The notes under the pieces: model-generated
What the model was told of the DNA's origin: nothing
What the model saw: the letters and a program-made list of their open reading frames with translations, nothing else
Databases searched by the model: none
Program-made: the position numbers and the translations under genes
Shown: positions 18,735-28,940 of the stretch, piece after piece
How positions within the stretch are numbered: position 1 is the first letter of the stretch
How the letters are laid out: each line of letters opens with the position of its first letter
Assembly (NCBI GenBank): GCA_963749655.1
Contig: CAVVOB010000012.1
Span: forward strand, 32,001-96,000
DNA: 64,000 nt
Direction of reading: 5' to 3'
Source: Nitrospirota bacterium
GTDB lineage: Bacteria > Nitrospirota > UBA9217

Positions 18735-19574
18735 TCAATCCCCGAAGATCTCACCGTCAAGAACACCCTCGCCCACGCGGGTGACCGGGCCTTTCATCGA
18801 TATCGAAAAATCCTTCGATACGGCGATGTCGATCGTGCCGCCCGGCATGACGACCTGCACCGGGGAGTCGCAGAGGCCCAATCTGCAGGCCACTGCTGCC
18901 GCTGCCGAGCTGCTGCTGCCCGATGCGAGCGTATATCCCGCGCCGCGCTCCCAGATCTCGATCCGGATAGCGTGGCGGTCAATGGCGTTCATGAACTGGA
19001 CATTGGTGCGGTTCGGGAAGCGGTGGTCCCTCTCGATCATCGGGCCGTAGTGCCGGGCCGCCTCTTCCGTGGGTGCATCGAAGAGGACGACGCAGTGGGG
19101 ATTGCCGATCGTGGCGGCGCAGAAAGTAAAATGTCGTCCCTCGAGATCGATCGTTTCGTTCAACACCTCCCGCTTCGGACCTGCCACGGGAATGCGGCTG
19201 CTGTCAAAGCTTACCCTTCCCATCTCCACGGTGACCACGCGGCCTCCGGGATGGACCTGCGCCGAGACCAGCCCGCCGGGGGTCAGAATAGTGAAGGGCT
19301 TGAAGGACACGAGCCCCTTATCCCAGAGATACCGCGAAAAAATCCGGAGCCCGTTCCCGCTTTTTTCCGCCTCGCTGCCGTCGGGATTGAAGATGCGCAG
19401 GGCAAAGTCGCATTCCGGCGCACTGATCGGTCCGAAAAGGATCCCGTCTGAGCCGATTCCGTAATTGCGGTGGCAGATGCGCCGGATCTGCTCCGGCGTC
19501 AGCAGGGCCTTCGTGTCTGCGGGCGGAATGACGAGGTAGTCGTTGCCGAGGGCGTGGTATTTTGTGAAGTGCAT
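18735..19574 (-). CDS. dapF: Diaminopimelate epimerase
   Basis: FTKYHALGNDY, GIGSDG, NPDGSEAEKSGNG, GNPH, TNVQF, WERGAGYTLASGS. The usual catalytic Cys positions read Ser. Confidence 0.88.
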   Translation of the reverse strand: MHFTKYHALGNDYLVIPPADTKALLTPEQIRRICHRNYGIGSDGILFGPISAPECDFALRIFNPDGSEAEKSGNGLRIFSRYLWDKGLVSFKPFTILTPGGLVSAQVHPGGRVVTVEMGRVSFDSSRIPVAGPKREVLNETIDLEGRHFTFCAATIGNPHCVVLFDAPTEEAARHYGPMIERDHRFPNRTNVQFMNAIDRHAIRIEIWERGAGYTLASGSSSSAAAAVACRLGLCDSPVQVVMPGGTIDIAVSKDFSISMKGPVTRVGEGVLDGEIFGD

Positions 19575-19829
19575 GGACGATAGACGAGCCAGAAGAGTTT
19601 TTGCCACGGAAATCACCGAACAGCGGAGAAACATCAAAGTCAAGCATCTTGAGACAACAGCGAACGCCCTTCCGACCGCATGTCGGAGACTTGGTTTTTG
19701 AGTTAAGTTTTTGAACTAAAAAAGGAAACCTATTTTCCCGCTGAGTCGCTGAGGCGCAGTGAAAAAGCTTCGAAACTTTTCAGCGTCCCTGCGTTTCCGC
19801 GCGAGACCGTTTCCGATTCTGAATTCATA

Positions 19830-20738
19830 TCACGGCGGGCACTGGGCGCAGACCGATGTGAAGAGGGCCGTGCTGAGGTAGCGGTCGCCCCGGTCGGGCA
19901 GGATCACGACGATCGTCCCGTCCTTCATCTCCTTCGCCTTCTGGATCGCGCCCCACATGGCCGCGCCGCTGCTCATGCCCACGAAGAGCCCTTCTTCGAG
20001 CGCCAGTCTGCGGGTGGTCGTGAAGGCCTCGTCATCGGGAACGTTCCGCTTCTCATCGAGCGCTGAAGGATTGAAAATTTTCGGGACGATGGCTTCGGTC
20101 ATGTTCTTGAGCCCCTGGATCTTGTGCCCAAGGTTGGGTTCGATGCCCACAACGGTAATGGAGCTGTTGAGCTCCTTCAGGCGCCTGCCCGCTCCCATGA
20201 GCGTGCCGGACGTGCCCATGCCCGCGACGAAAACGCTGACATCTCCCTTTGTCTGCTCGTACGCCTCTTTGCCCGTCGTTTCGTAATGGGCACTGACGTT
20301 TGCGGTATTGTCGAACTGATTGGGCATGAAGTAGCCGTTCCGGTGCTCGTCGTAGATTTTATGAGCAAGCCGGATCGCGCCGTCCGTGCCCTCATTCCCC
20401 GGGCTCAGCACGAGTTCGGCGCCGAAGGCCTCCAGGATTTTTCTGCGCTCCATACTCACGCATGCGGGCATGACGAGCTTGACCTTGTAGCCCCGCGCAG
20501 TGCCGACCATGGCAAGCCCGATGCCGGTGTTGCCTGATGTGGCTTCCAGAATGGTGGAGCCTTTCGCGAGCTTTCCTTCCTGTTCAGCGGTCTTGACCAT
20601 GTACCAGGCGATGCGGTCCTTCACCGAGCCGCCGGGATTGTTGCCTTCGAGCTTGGCAAGAAGCCTCACCTTCGGGTTCGGATTGATCCTGTCCAGCCTT
20701 ACGAGCGGCGTGTTGCCGATGGTATCGAGAACACTCAT
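19830..20738 (-). CDS. cysM: Cysteine synthase B
   Basis: IGNTPLV, NPGGSVKDR (PLP Lys), EATSGNTGIG, GMGTSGT, PDRGDRYLS. Confidence 0.92.
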   Translation of the reverse strand: MSVLDTIGNTPLVRLDRINPNPKVRLLAKLEGNNPGGSVKDRIAWYMVKTAEQEGKLAKGSTILEATSGNTGIGLAMVGTARGYKVKLVMPACVSMERRKILEAFGAELVLSPGNEGTDGAIRLAHKIYDEHRNGYFMPNQFDNTANVSAHYETTGKEAYEQTKGDVSVFVAGMGTSGTLMGAGRRLKELNSSITVVGIEPNLGHKIQGLKNMTEAIVPKIFNPSALDEKRNVPDDEAFTTTRRLALEEGLFVGMSSGAAMWGAIQKAKEMKDGTIVVILPDRGDRYLSTALFTSVCAQCPP

Positions 20739-20818
20739 GAATGATTTCCCCCTGGCATCCGGACACGGGCGCAGGCTTTCGCGGGACTCCCGCACTCGCG
20801 GTCAAAAACAGCGCGATC

Positions 20819-20847
20819 ATAGTACTCTCTCCCCGAATTGATGTCAA
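20819..20847 (-). promoter_or_regulatory. Sigma70 promoter of cysM
   Basis: Minus strand TTGACA-17-TACTAT. Confidence 0.7.
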
Positions 20848-20917
20848 CCGCCAACAGTTTGAGGAAGGGGCGTAAGTCCTCCTCCTTTATGACAGGACTG
20901 CGCAGCTCACCCCGGCG

Positions 20918-21976
20918 TCATTGGCCCGGCGGCTTCCCGTCCCCGGCAGGACCGGGATGGTTTTCAAGCCACGCTTGAAGGAGCGCAACCCGCTTTTTCA
21001 CTTCCGGAAGCTCCATCGGCGCATACCGTGCAACCGCGCCCGGACCCCGCTTGAGCAGTACTTCATAGGGCTCGCCGAGGACAACGGTGAAATGGTACCA
21101 GGTCGCCAGTTCGGCGAAGTCATCGGCCCAGTTCTGGCTGCCGTAAAGCGAGACAAAAGGAGTCCTGGCCAGCCGTTCGTACAGTGCCGGAGCGTCGTCA
21201 ATGCCGATCCTGGGGCCGCCGGCCAAGCCGTAAAAAGTAATGTCCTTTCTGCCGTCGAAATCAAAGGCGGGAACCGGTGTCGAAATATCGCGCCATATTC
21301 CTTCGGTCAGGAGCGTCGACGAAGGCAGGTTCTGCTGCAGCATGTTTTTTATCGTAGTGTCGGTGAACGGCGTGGCGCGTTCCACATAATCGACGACGTG
21401 GGCGGCTTCATGGAGCAGGATATACAGAAAGCCCCGGTACCGGGAGCCGCAATTTACGGCGATGCTTATCTGCGGATTGTTCCGGAGAAAACAAGTATTC
21501 TCGCGATAGGTCATCCACGTGGAAATGCCCGCCTTCAGCACGTCCGGGTTGAACACGATCACCGTGAAGGGTTCTCCATGATCGCCGATTACGGCGAAGG
21601 TCATGCCGCTGCCGACGAAGTTGCCGATAAAGTAGAAGGCGATGAGCCTGCGCTGCAGAACTTCTCTTTGATATTCAGGAAGGAGGTCCAGGTACTCCTT
21701 GATGAGGGCGAGTTCATCAGGTGCCGGCGAGTAGGACGAGTAATCGTGCCGTTTGTCGGATTTTTTTAAAAAATCCAGGACAAAACCGGGAACAGGCTTC
21801 ACCCGGTCTATCAGGGTACTCCCGGAGTTGAAGGCAAAGGAGCGGAGCTGTTGCGCCCGGGCCTCGGGCAGTCCTTTCCTGGAAGAGAAAACGCAGGAAG
21901 AGCAAAGGACCAGGATTGCGAGAACGGCGAAAACCCGGTGCAGCAGAGGTCGAGGAAAGCGGAAGAGCACGGACAT
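20918..21976 (-). CDS. Putative zinc metallopeptidase lipoprotein
   Basis: Lipobox-like LCSSC; HEAAH (HExxH); SLYGSQNWADDFAE third-ligand motif. Confidence 0.6.
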   Translation of the reverse strand: MSVLFRFPRPLLHRVFAVLAILVLCSSCVFSSRKGLPEARAQQLRSFAFNSGSTLIDRVKPVPGFVLDFLKKSDKRHDYSSYSPAPDELALIKEYLDLLPEYQREVLQRRLIAFYFIGNFVGSGMTFAVIGDHGEPFTVIVFNPDVLKAGISTWMTYRENTCFLRNNPQISIAVNCGSRYRGFLYILLHEAAHVVDYVERATPFTDTTIKNMLQQNLPSSTLLTEGIWRDISTPVPAFDFDGRKDITFYGLAGGPRIGIDDAPALYERLARTPFVSLYGSQNWADDFAELATWYHFTVVLGEPYEVLLKRGPGAVARYAPMELPEVKKRVALLQAWLENHPGPAGDGKPPGQ

Positions 21977-22032
21977 GGATGGGGTCGTACCTCCTTAATA
22001 ACGATCGCGCAGCTCTTAGTGCGGCATGTGCG

Positions 22033-22061
22033 AGTGTAGGATGGGCAGGAGGGATTGTCAA
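22033..22061 (-). promoter_or_regulatory. Sigma70 promoter of the metallopeptidase lipoprotein
   Basis: Minus strand TTGACA-17-TACACT. Confidence 0.65.
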
Positions 22062-22113
22062 TTGGATTGTGAGAGAGAGCGGTCAAGACCGGGGTGCAGG
22101 GTTTTTCTTTAAA

Positions 22114-22142
22114 TTGACATTCAAGGACTGTTCGGTTACAAT
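22114..22142 (+). promoter_or_regulatory. Sigma70 promoter of purH
   Basis: TTGACA-17-TACAAT. Confidence 0.75.
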
Positions 22143-22193
22143 TCTACACGTTCTTCATCGTTTTTCCATCACATCTTTCGGAGGTTCTACAAC

Positions 22194-23753
22194 GTGGCCA
22201 AAGTGACCCGCGCGCTCATCAGCGTATCGAACAAGGACGGCATCCTCGATTTTGCACGGGAAATTTCCAAGCTCGGAATCGAGATCCTCTCGACCGGAGG
22301 GACGGCGAAAATGCTGCGCGACTCCGGTGTGGCGGTGAAGGACGTGTCGGAGTTTACGGGATTCCCGGAGATGCTCGACGGCAGGGTCAAAACTCTGCAT
22401 CCGAAGGTCCACGGCGGCCTCCTCGGCATCCGGAGCAATCCCGAACATGTGAAGCAGATGAAGCAGCACGGGATCGAGCCCATAGACCTCGTCGTTGTGA
22501 ACCTCTATCCCTTCGAGCAGACCGTCGCGAAGCCCGGCGTGAGCTTCGAAGAAGCCATTGAGAACATCGACATCGGCGGGCCGACCATGCTCCGCTCGGC
22601 GGCCAAGAACCACCGCGACGTCGCCGTCGTCGTCTCGCCGCGCGATTACAGCCGCGTGCTCGACGAGATCCGGAAGACGGGCGAGGTTTCGGCCAAGACG
22701 CGCTTCGAGCTCTGCCGCACCGTGTTCCTCCATACGGCCCGTTACGACAGCGCCATCTCGGCATGGCTCGACAGCCAGGTGCCGGCCGACGAGAAAACAC
22801 GCTTCCCGAACATTCTGACGCTGCAGTTCGAGAAAGTGCAGAACCTGCGCTACGGAGAGAACCCGCACCAGCAGGGCGCTTTCTACCGCGAGTTCGGCCG
22901 CAAGGAGCCGTCGGTGTCCAGCGCCCGGCAGCTCCAGGGCAAGGAGATGTCGTTCAACAACTTCCTCGACGCCAACAGCGCGCTCGAGCTCGCCAAGGAA
23001 TACGACGGGACCGCTGCGGTCATCGTGAAGCACAACAATCCCTGCGGCGTTGCCGTGGCATCGAGCCTTGCAGAGGCGTACCGGAAGGCTCGGGACTGTG
23101 ATCCCGTCTCGGCCTTCGGGGGAGTGATCGCCTTCAACCGCATGGTGGACAGGGAAACGGCGAAGGAGCTGACGGCTACCTTCGTCGAAGTCGTGGTGGC
23201 CCCGGAGTTCGCACCCGATGCGCTCGAGGAGTTGAAAAAGAAGAAAGATCTGCGGGTCCTGGACATCGGTCCGTCCGTCGCCGGGACGCCGGAAGGCATG
23301 GACCTCAAGAAGGTCGTGGGCGGCGTCATTTACCAGGACCGCGATCTCGGCAGGATCGCCGACGTCAGGACGCTCAGGGTGGCGACGAAGCGAAAGCCCA
23401 CGGACGACGAATATGAAGCGCTCGCCTTTGCCTGGAAGGTGTGCAAACACGTCAAGTCCAATGCCATCGTGTTCACCACAAAAGACCGGACCGTCGGCAT
23501 CGGCGCCGGCCAGATGAGCCGCCTGGATTCGGTGAAGATCGCCAGAATTAAGGCCCAGTCCCCGCTCAAGGGAACCGTGCTGGCGTCCGACGCGTTCTTC
23601 CCCTTCCGCGACGGCCTCGACGAAGCCGCGGCAGCGGGCGTGACCGCCGTAATCCAGCCGGGCGGATCGCTCAAGGATGATGAAGTCATCAAGGCGGCCG
23701 AGGAACACGGCATCGCCATGATCATGACGGGGATGAGGCATTTCAGGCATTGA
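22194..23753 (+). CDS. purH: Bifunctional AICAR transformylase/IMP cyclohydrolase
   Basis: RALISVSNK, GRVKTLHP, IDIGGP, LRYGENPHQ, KHNNPCG, ASDAFFPF, MRHFRH. Confidence 0.98.
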   Translation: MAKVTRALISVSNKDGILDFAREISKLGIEILSTGGTAKMLRDSGVAVKDVSEFTGFPEMLDGRVKTLHPKVHGGLLGIRSNPEHVKQMKQHGIEPIDLVVVNLYPFEQTVAKPGVSFEEAIENIDIGGPTMLRSAAKNHRDVAVVVSPRDYSRVLDEIRKTGEVSAKTRFELCRTVFLHTARYDSAISAWLDSQVPADEKTRFPNILTLQFEKVQNLRYGENPHQQGAFYREFGRKEPSVSSARQLQGKEMSFNNFLDANSALELAKEYDGTAAVIVKHNNPCGVAVASSLAEAYRKARDCDPVSAFGGVIAFNRMVDRETAKELTATFVEVVVAPEFAPDALEELKKKKDLRVLDIGPSVAGTPEGMDLKKVVGGVIYQDRDLGRIADVRTLRVATKRKPTDDEYEALAFAWKVCKHVKSNAIVFTTKDRTVGIGAGQMSRLDSVKIARIKAQSPLKGTVLASDAFFPFRDGLDEAAAAGVTAVIQPGGSLKDDEVIKAAEEHGIAMIMTGMRHFRH

Positions 23754-23809
23754 TCCGAAGGAACGTTTCCGGCTGTGACGTCCATGCAACGGCGTGCGGC
23801 ATGTGAACT

Positions 23810-24367
23810 ATGAAAAAGACAGCACTAACACTGGTCATCTGCCTCGTCCTCCTCGTCGCCTGCAAGCGACCGGATCCCCGCAAACCGACGGTCATCCTGC
23901 CCGTGACCGAGCATAACGGGAAGGAAGAGAAGACCCTGGCCCCTTATTACCACGGCCTGATCGAGGAATACCGGACCATCCTTGCCGAGGATCCGAATAA
24001 TCTTGCGGCGATCATCGGGCTGGGCAACGCCTACTACGACAACGGGGAGTGGAAAAGAGCGATTACCATGTACCAGCACGCGCTGGCGATCGATCCGCGG
24101 AACTCCGACGTGCACACCGACATGGGGACCGCATTCCGGAACATGCATATGACGGAGCGTGCGCTGGCCGAGTATCGGATCGCCCTCAGGTACGAACCCG
24201 GCCATCTGAACGCCCGCTACAATATGGGCGTCATCTACGCCTACGACACCAAGGACATCAAAGCCGCCATCCATGTGTGGGAGGAGCTCCTGAAGCTGGC
24301 CCCGAACTTCCCCCATGCCGAATATATACGTACGAGCATTGCCGACCTGCACGAGAGGCTCAAATAA
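23810..24367 (+). CDS. TPR lipoprotein
   Basis: Lipobox LVAC; repeated TPR helices (LGNAYYD, MGTAF, MGVIY). Confidence 0.85.
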   Translation: MKKTALTLVICLVLLVACKRPDPRKPTVILPVTEHNGKEEKTLAPYYHGLIEEYRTILAEDPNNLAAIIGLGNAYYDNGEWKRAITMYQHALAIDPRNSDVHTDMGTAFRNMHMTERALAEYRIALRYEPGHLNARYNMGVIYAYDTKDIKAAIHVWEELLKLAPNFPHAEYIRTSIADLHERLK

Positions 24368-24374
24368 GGAAGAT

Positions 24375-24635
24375 ATGATTCGCAGCCTGCTTTTACTTGC
24401 CTGTATCGCCGCGGTCTACTTTGCGTTGAAGACCCTGTTCCGGTCCGCCGTCCACGGCTACCAGTCCGAGGACCGTCAGCGCGGCCGGCTCATGGGCGAA
24501 GATATGGTGCTCGACCCCGAGTGCCGGACCTATGTTCCGAAACGCCGGGCCGTGACCCGGCGCATCGGGGGCGTCCCGTGCTTCTTCTGCAGTGAAGCCT
24601 GCGCGAAGGCGTACCAGGAAAAGCACGAGGCCTGA
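24375..24635 (+). CDS. YHS/TRASH-domain small membrane protein
   Basis: DMVLDPECRTYVP...FFCSEAC. Confidence 0.8.
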   Translation: MIRSLLLLACIAAVYFALKTLFRSAVHGYQSEDRQRGRLMGEDMVLDPECRTYVPKRRAVTRRIGGVPCFFCSEACAKAYQEKHEA

Positions 24636-24649
24636 TTGCGGACACCGGT

Positions 24650-25279
24650 ATGGCATTGTTCCTTCCCAAAGACTTTTTCTTGTTACGGCTTCTTGCTTCG
24701 CTCCTGCTGCTGAGCTGCATGGCACCCGTATCCGAAGCGCCGTCGAAACAGGCTGTCCTGGCGTCTCTGTCCGACCCGGCCACGGGCCCCCTCATGATCG
24801 TCATCAGGAAATCGGGCTACACCCTGACACTCTACAAAGGCGACACGGCGGTGAAGACCTACCGTGCGGCCTTCGGCAAAGGATTCGACGACGGCGACAA
24901 GCGGAGGCAGGGAGACAAACGGACGCCAGAAGGCGCTTTCTACATCTGCTCCATGAACCCGAGCAAGCGGTTCTACAAGTTTCTCGGCCTGAGCTATCCG
25001 AGCCTGAAACACGCGGAGTACGGGCTCCAGGCAAAGTTGATCACGCCCGAGGAGTTCCTGGCGATCAAAAAAGCACTTGAGGAACGGCAGCCGCCGCCCT
25101 GGGACACTCCTCTCGGAGGCGCCGTGGGAATACACGGCAGGAGTCTCGACAACCCGACATCGGGCCTGTCCGTAACGGACACGAATTGGACCGACGGCTG
25201 CATCGCACTGGACAACGCGGCCGTGGACGAGATCTACGGTGTGGTAAGCCTCGGGACCCCCGTTCTGATCACGCCGTAA
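24650..25279 (+). CDS. L,D-transpeptidase (YkuD) family protein
   Basis: GDKRTPEG, LSYP, GGAVGIHG, WTDGCIAL. Confidence 0.88.
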   Translation: MALFLPKDFFLLRLLASLLLLSCMAPVSEAPSKQAVLASLSDPATGPLMIVIRKSGYTLTLYKGDTAVKTYRAAFGKGFDDGDKRRQGDKRTPEGAFYICSMNPSKRFYKFLGLSYPSLKHAEYGLQAKLITPEEFLAIKKALEERQPPPWDTPLGGAVGIHGRSLDNPTSGLSVTDTNWTDGCIALDNAAVDEIYGVVSLGTPVLITP

Positions 25280-25334
25280 TAAAAGGATGTTCCCGGCCTG
25301 GAGACAGGTTTCCCTTCAGATGCCGCACCGGCAA

Positions 25335-26624
25335 ATGACACAACCCTCTTTTCATAGGTCTTTACAAGCTTCGCTTCTTGAGCCCTTCCGCAGGGAGATC
25401 GAGCGTTGCGTCCGGTGCGGCGCCTGCCGCGCCGTCTGTCCTCCCTTTCTGCAGGAACGGGGCGAGTCGTTCTCAGCCCGCGGCAGAATGGCCCTGATCA
25501 AGGCTGTGCTGGACGGAAAGCTCCGGGTCAGCACGCTTTTCCGGGACCGACTCACCACCTGCACGGGCTGTCTTGCCTGCGAAGCCTCCTGTCCCAGCGG
25601 CGTGCCCGTGACGGAAATCATCCAGGCCGCAAAAGAGCAGGCCATCGCCGAGGCAGGGACCGGACTTATCGACAGGATCCTTGCCGGCGTGGCGAACCAC
25701 CCCGCTGCGTTCCGCGCGACTGCGTGGCTTGCGCCGGCTATGCTGCACTATTCGCGAGGTTACAAACCACGAATTCGGAATGCGGAATCCCCGATAGTAT
25801 CGGGACAGGTCTCCATGCGGAATGAAGCAAAGACAGCCAGTACCGGCACGGTAGCGTTTTACCCGGGATGTGCGGTCAACTACCTTCAGCAGGACATCGG
25901 CAGGGCGACAGTTTCAGTGCTCGCCATGCTCGGCTGGAAGGTGCTCATTCCCGAAGGGCTGAAATGCTGCGGCAAGCCGCTGCTCTCGCTCGGCGACCGC
26001 GCAGCTGCGCAGGAGTTGGCGGAGCACAATTCTGCGGTCCTCGCCGGGGCGGGTGCTGATGCGATTGTTACCGTCTGCGCCTCCTGCGGCTTGACTTTCA
26101 AAAGGGATTATCCTAAACTGCTGCGGCCCGGAAAGAAACCGCCCGTTGTTCTCGATATTCACGAATTTCTCGCCGGTCCCTTTTCGCGCGCGGAGTCCGG
26201 CCCGGTCCGCCGGCGGGTGACCTGGCACGACCCCTGCCACCTTTCACGGGGGCAGGGCCTGTCCTCGACGGCGCGCGCAGTCATCCGCTCGATCCCCGGA
26301 ATCGAACTGGTCGAGATGAACGATGCCGACCGCTGCTGCGGCTTCGGCGGTCTGATGCGCGTCACGCATCACGACCTCTCGGACTCAATTGCGAAAGAAA
26401 AGGCAGGAAACATCATCGCGACCCGTGCGTCGGCGGTCGTTACCGGCTGCCCCGGCTGTTGCATGCAGATCTCCCATGCGTTGAAGAGAGCGGGCTCGGA
26501 CATTGAAGTGCTGCACACGGTGCAGCTGATTGAAAAAGCGATGTCCAATGCGGAATCGCCGATAAAATCGGGACGGGTTTCCCTGCGGAATGGGGAATTG
26601 GAAAAGACGGGACAAACCGCGTAG
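25335..26624 (+). CDS. (Fe-S)-binding oxidoreductase, GlcF/HdrD-like
   Basis: CVRCGACRAVCP and CTGCLACEASCP ferredoxin motifs; two CCG domains. Confidence 0.88.
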   Translation: MTQPSFHRSLQASLLEPFRREIERCVRCGACRAVCPPFLQERGESFSARGRMALIKAVLDGKLRVSTLFRDRLTTCTGCLACEASCPSGVPVTEIIQAAKEQAIAEAGTGLIDRILAGVANHPAAFRATAWLAPAMLHYSRGYKPRIRNAESPIVSGQVSMRNEAKTASTGTVAFYPGCAVNYLQQDIGRATVSVLAMLGWKVLIPEGLKCCGKPLLSLGDRAAAQELAEHNSAVLAGAGADAIVTVCASCGLTFKRDYPKLLRPGKKPPVVLDIHEFLAGPFSRAESGPVRRRVTWHDPCHLSRGQGLSSTARAVIRSIPGIELVEMNDADRCCGFGGLMRVTHHDLSDSIAKEKAGNIIATRASAVVTGCPGCCMQISHALKRAGSDIEVLHTVQLIEKAMSNAESPIKSGRVSLRNGELEKTGQTA

Positions 26625-26681
26625 CCGCAGGTTTCAGCCTGCGAAATAAAAATGACAATATTCTGGCAGGAAAGGAAAACC

Positions 26682-27329
26682 ATGAAATTTTTTATTGACA
26701 CGGCAAACGTGAAGGAAATCCGCGAGGCAGCGGCGCTTGGAGTGGTCGACGGGGTCACGACGAACCCGTCGCTCATTGCGAAGGAGGGGCGGGACTTCAA
26801 ACAGGTGATCGCCGAGATCTGCTCCCTTGTCGACGGCCCGATCAGCGCCGAGGCCGTGAGCCTCGAGGCGGACAAGATGGTCGCCGAGGGGGAGGACCTT
26901 GCAAAGATCCATCAGAACATCGTGGTCAAGCTCCCCATGACCAAGGACGGGCTCAAGGCGACGAAGATCCTCGCTGAAAAGGGCATCAGGGTGAACATGA
27001 CGCTGGTGTTCTCCCCCACGCAGGCGCTGCTCGCGGCAAAGGTCGGCGCGGCCTTTGTGAGCCCCTTTGTCGGAAGGCTCGACGACATCAGCCACTACGG
27101 CATGGACCTGGTGCGGCAGATCGTGACGATCTACGGCAATTACGGTTTCGGGACGGAAGTCATCGTCGCAAGCGTAAGGAACCCCCTCCATGTCGTCGAT
27201 GCGGCCCTTGCGGGGGCCCATATCGCCACGATTCCCTTCGGCGTCATCGACCAGCTGGTGAAACACCCGCTCACGGACATCGGGATCGACAAGTTCCTTG
27301 CGGATTGGAAGAAACTGGAGAAGAAGTAA
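26682..27329 (+). CDS. fsa: Transaldolase / fructose-6-phosphate aldolase
   Basis: [38 protein letters not shown]. Confidence 0.93.
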   Translation: MKFFIDTANVKEIREAAALGVVDGVTTNPSLIAKEGRDFKQVIAEICSLVDGPISAEAVSLEADKMVAEGEDLAKIHQNIVVKLPMTKDGLKATKILAEKGIRVNMTLVFSPTQALLAAKVGAAFVSPFVGRLDDISHYGMDLVRQIVTIYGNYGFGTEVIVASVRNPLHVVDAALAGAHIATIPFGVIDQLVKHPLTDIGIDKFLADWKKLEKK

Positions 27330-27346
27330 AGCCGGAGAAGAACTTT

Positions 27347-27443
27347 AACCACAGATGAACGCGGATAAAAGATTCAAAGCCAAAGGGATGTTGTGGTCAT
27401 TATACTTTGCATCATCTGTGTTAATCCGTGTTCATCTGTGGTT
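27347..27443. repeat. Intergenic inverted repeat with 9-nt periodicity
   Basis: AACCACAGATGAACGCGGAT / ATCCGTGTTCATCTGTGGTT, a 20-bp stem with one G-T pair. Confidence 0.8.
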
Positions 27444-27517
27444 ACAACTGCCGTTTCCGAGATGATTGGTCCCCGCATTTGGGAGTTCTCTTTTCGGCCT
27501 GCCGAAAAGGAGTACCT

Positions 27518-27739
27518 ATGCCTATCTATGAATATCACTGCGATGCCTGCGGCGCGGATTTTGAGAAGCTGGTCTTCGGCGCCAAGCCTGCCGTGACCTG
27601 CGAGAAGTGCGGATCGGGCAGAACGGAAAAGCGCCTCTCGCGGTTCGGCATGGGCCGGTCCTCGAACGGACCTTCGTCCCCTGCGAGCGGCTCGGGCTGC
27701 GGCAGCTGTTCCTCGTCGTCCTGCGCAGGATGCAAGTAG
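27518..27739 (+). CDS. FmdB family zinc-ribbon protein
   Basis: MPIYEYHCDACG...CEKCGS with a C-terminal CGSCSSSSCAGC. Confidence 0.9.
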   Translation: MPIYEYHCDACGADFEKLVFGAKPAVTCEKCGSGRTEKRLSRFGMGRSSNGPSSPASGSGCGSCSSSSCAGCK

Positions 27740-27889
27740 CGTGAAAAACGGCGTACTCGCTGCGGTCCGCTAACCCCGACAGGCAGTCCCCTTCGCCCTC
27801 CCTCTCTGCTTCGATATCTTCTGCTATAATAGAAATGCGTCTTCTGCCCTAAATCGTGCCGCAGGTGCTTCCGATCGACAGGATACCGC

Positions 27890-28828
27890 ATGCCCCTGGT
27901 AGGAATCATTACAGTTTTTTCAGTCGTGACGCAGCTGACAACTGCCGTCATCGCCCTGCGACTTATCGGCGTCACGAAGAAACGTGCTGCCTGGGGCTTC
28001 CTTGCCGCCGCTTTCACCCTGATGGGGTTGCGGCGCCTTGAATCGCTCGTAAAGATCCTTTCCGCCGACCCCTCCTATACGCCCGACCTTTTATTCGAGG
28101 TGATCGGCCTCGCGCTTTCCGTGCTCATGCTGATCGGGATCTGGCTGATCAGGCCGATCTTTTTGTCGATCGCCCGCGCCGAGGAAGAGCAGCGCGCTTT
28201 GAGCGCAAAACTCTTCACGCTTTCGGAAGAGCAGCAGCTCCTGCTCGAATACACGAAGGACTTCATCTACCGGCACGATCCGAACGGGATGATCACGTAT
28301 ATTTCGCCGGCTGTTGAACGGATTACGGGATTTACCTCCCGGGAATGGCTTGCGCATTTTTCAAAACACTATACCGACAATCCCCTGAACAAGGGCGCAT
28401 TTGCCGCCACCGAGGAGATGCTCAGAACGGGCAGGGAAGGGCATCCCTACATCATCGAGGTCTATCATAAAAATGGGGGAAGGGTATGGCTCGAAATCAA
28501 CAAGCAGCCCTTCAACCGCGACGGCCGCGTGGCCGGGTTCATCGGCGTGGCGCGGGACATTACGAAGCGCGTGCATCTTGAAGAAGAGCGGGAAAAACTC
28601 ATCGCCGAGCTGAAGCAGGCCCTGAGCAGCATCAAGAGGCTCAAGGGGCTTCTGCCGATCTGCTCGTCCTGTAAAAAGGTCCGCGACGACAAAGGATATT
28701 GGAATCAGATCGAAGCCTATGTGAGTGAACATTCCGATGCCGAGTTCTCCCACGGAATCTGTCCCGACTGCGCGCAGCGGCTGTACCCCGAATATTCGTC
28801 CCCCGAAACGAAATGCAACAAAGAGTGA
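27890..28828 (+). CDS. Membrane PAS-domain sensor with C-terminal Cys/His motif
   Basis: Three TM segments, PAS/PAC (YISPAVERITG...GVARDIT), LPICSSCKKVRDDKGYW...SHGICPDC. Confidence 0.85.
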   Translation: MPLVGIITVFSVVTQLTTAVIALRLIGVTKKRAAWGFLAAAFTLMGLRRLESLVKILSADPSYTPDLLFEVIGLALSVLMLIGIWLIRPIFLSIARAEEEQRALSAKLFTLSEEQQLLLEYTKDFIYRHDPNGMITYISPAVERITGFTSREWLAHFSKHYTDNPLNKGAFAATEEMLRTGREGHPYIIEVYHKNGGRVWLEINKQPFNRDGRVAGFIGVARDITKRVHLEEEREKLIAELKQALSSIKRLKGLLPICSSCKKVRDDKGYWNQIEAYVSEHSDAEFSHGICPDCAQRLYPEYSSPETKCNKE

Positions 28829-28940
28829 CTGACTTCCAAAAAATACTGTTGACGGCGCAGGGGAGAAGGAGTAGCATGTACGTGTTTGCAGGCTTTTATT
28901 ATACTTATATCATTTACAGCGTCATCGCGAAAAAGCGTCC

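Noticed and set aside
22143-22193. ZTP riboswitch before purH
   Set aside because: The leader after the promoter is only about 45 nt and lacks the motif.
22155-23789. Long antisense ORFs (also 36646-38079, 53097-54335, 59303-60595)
   Set aside because: GC-rich codon shadows of well-supported genes on the opposite strand.
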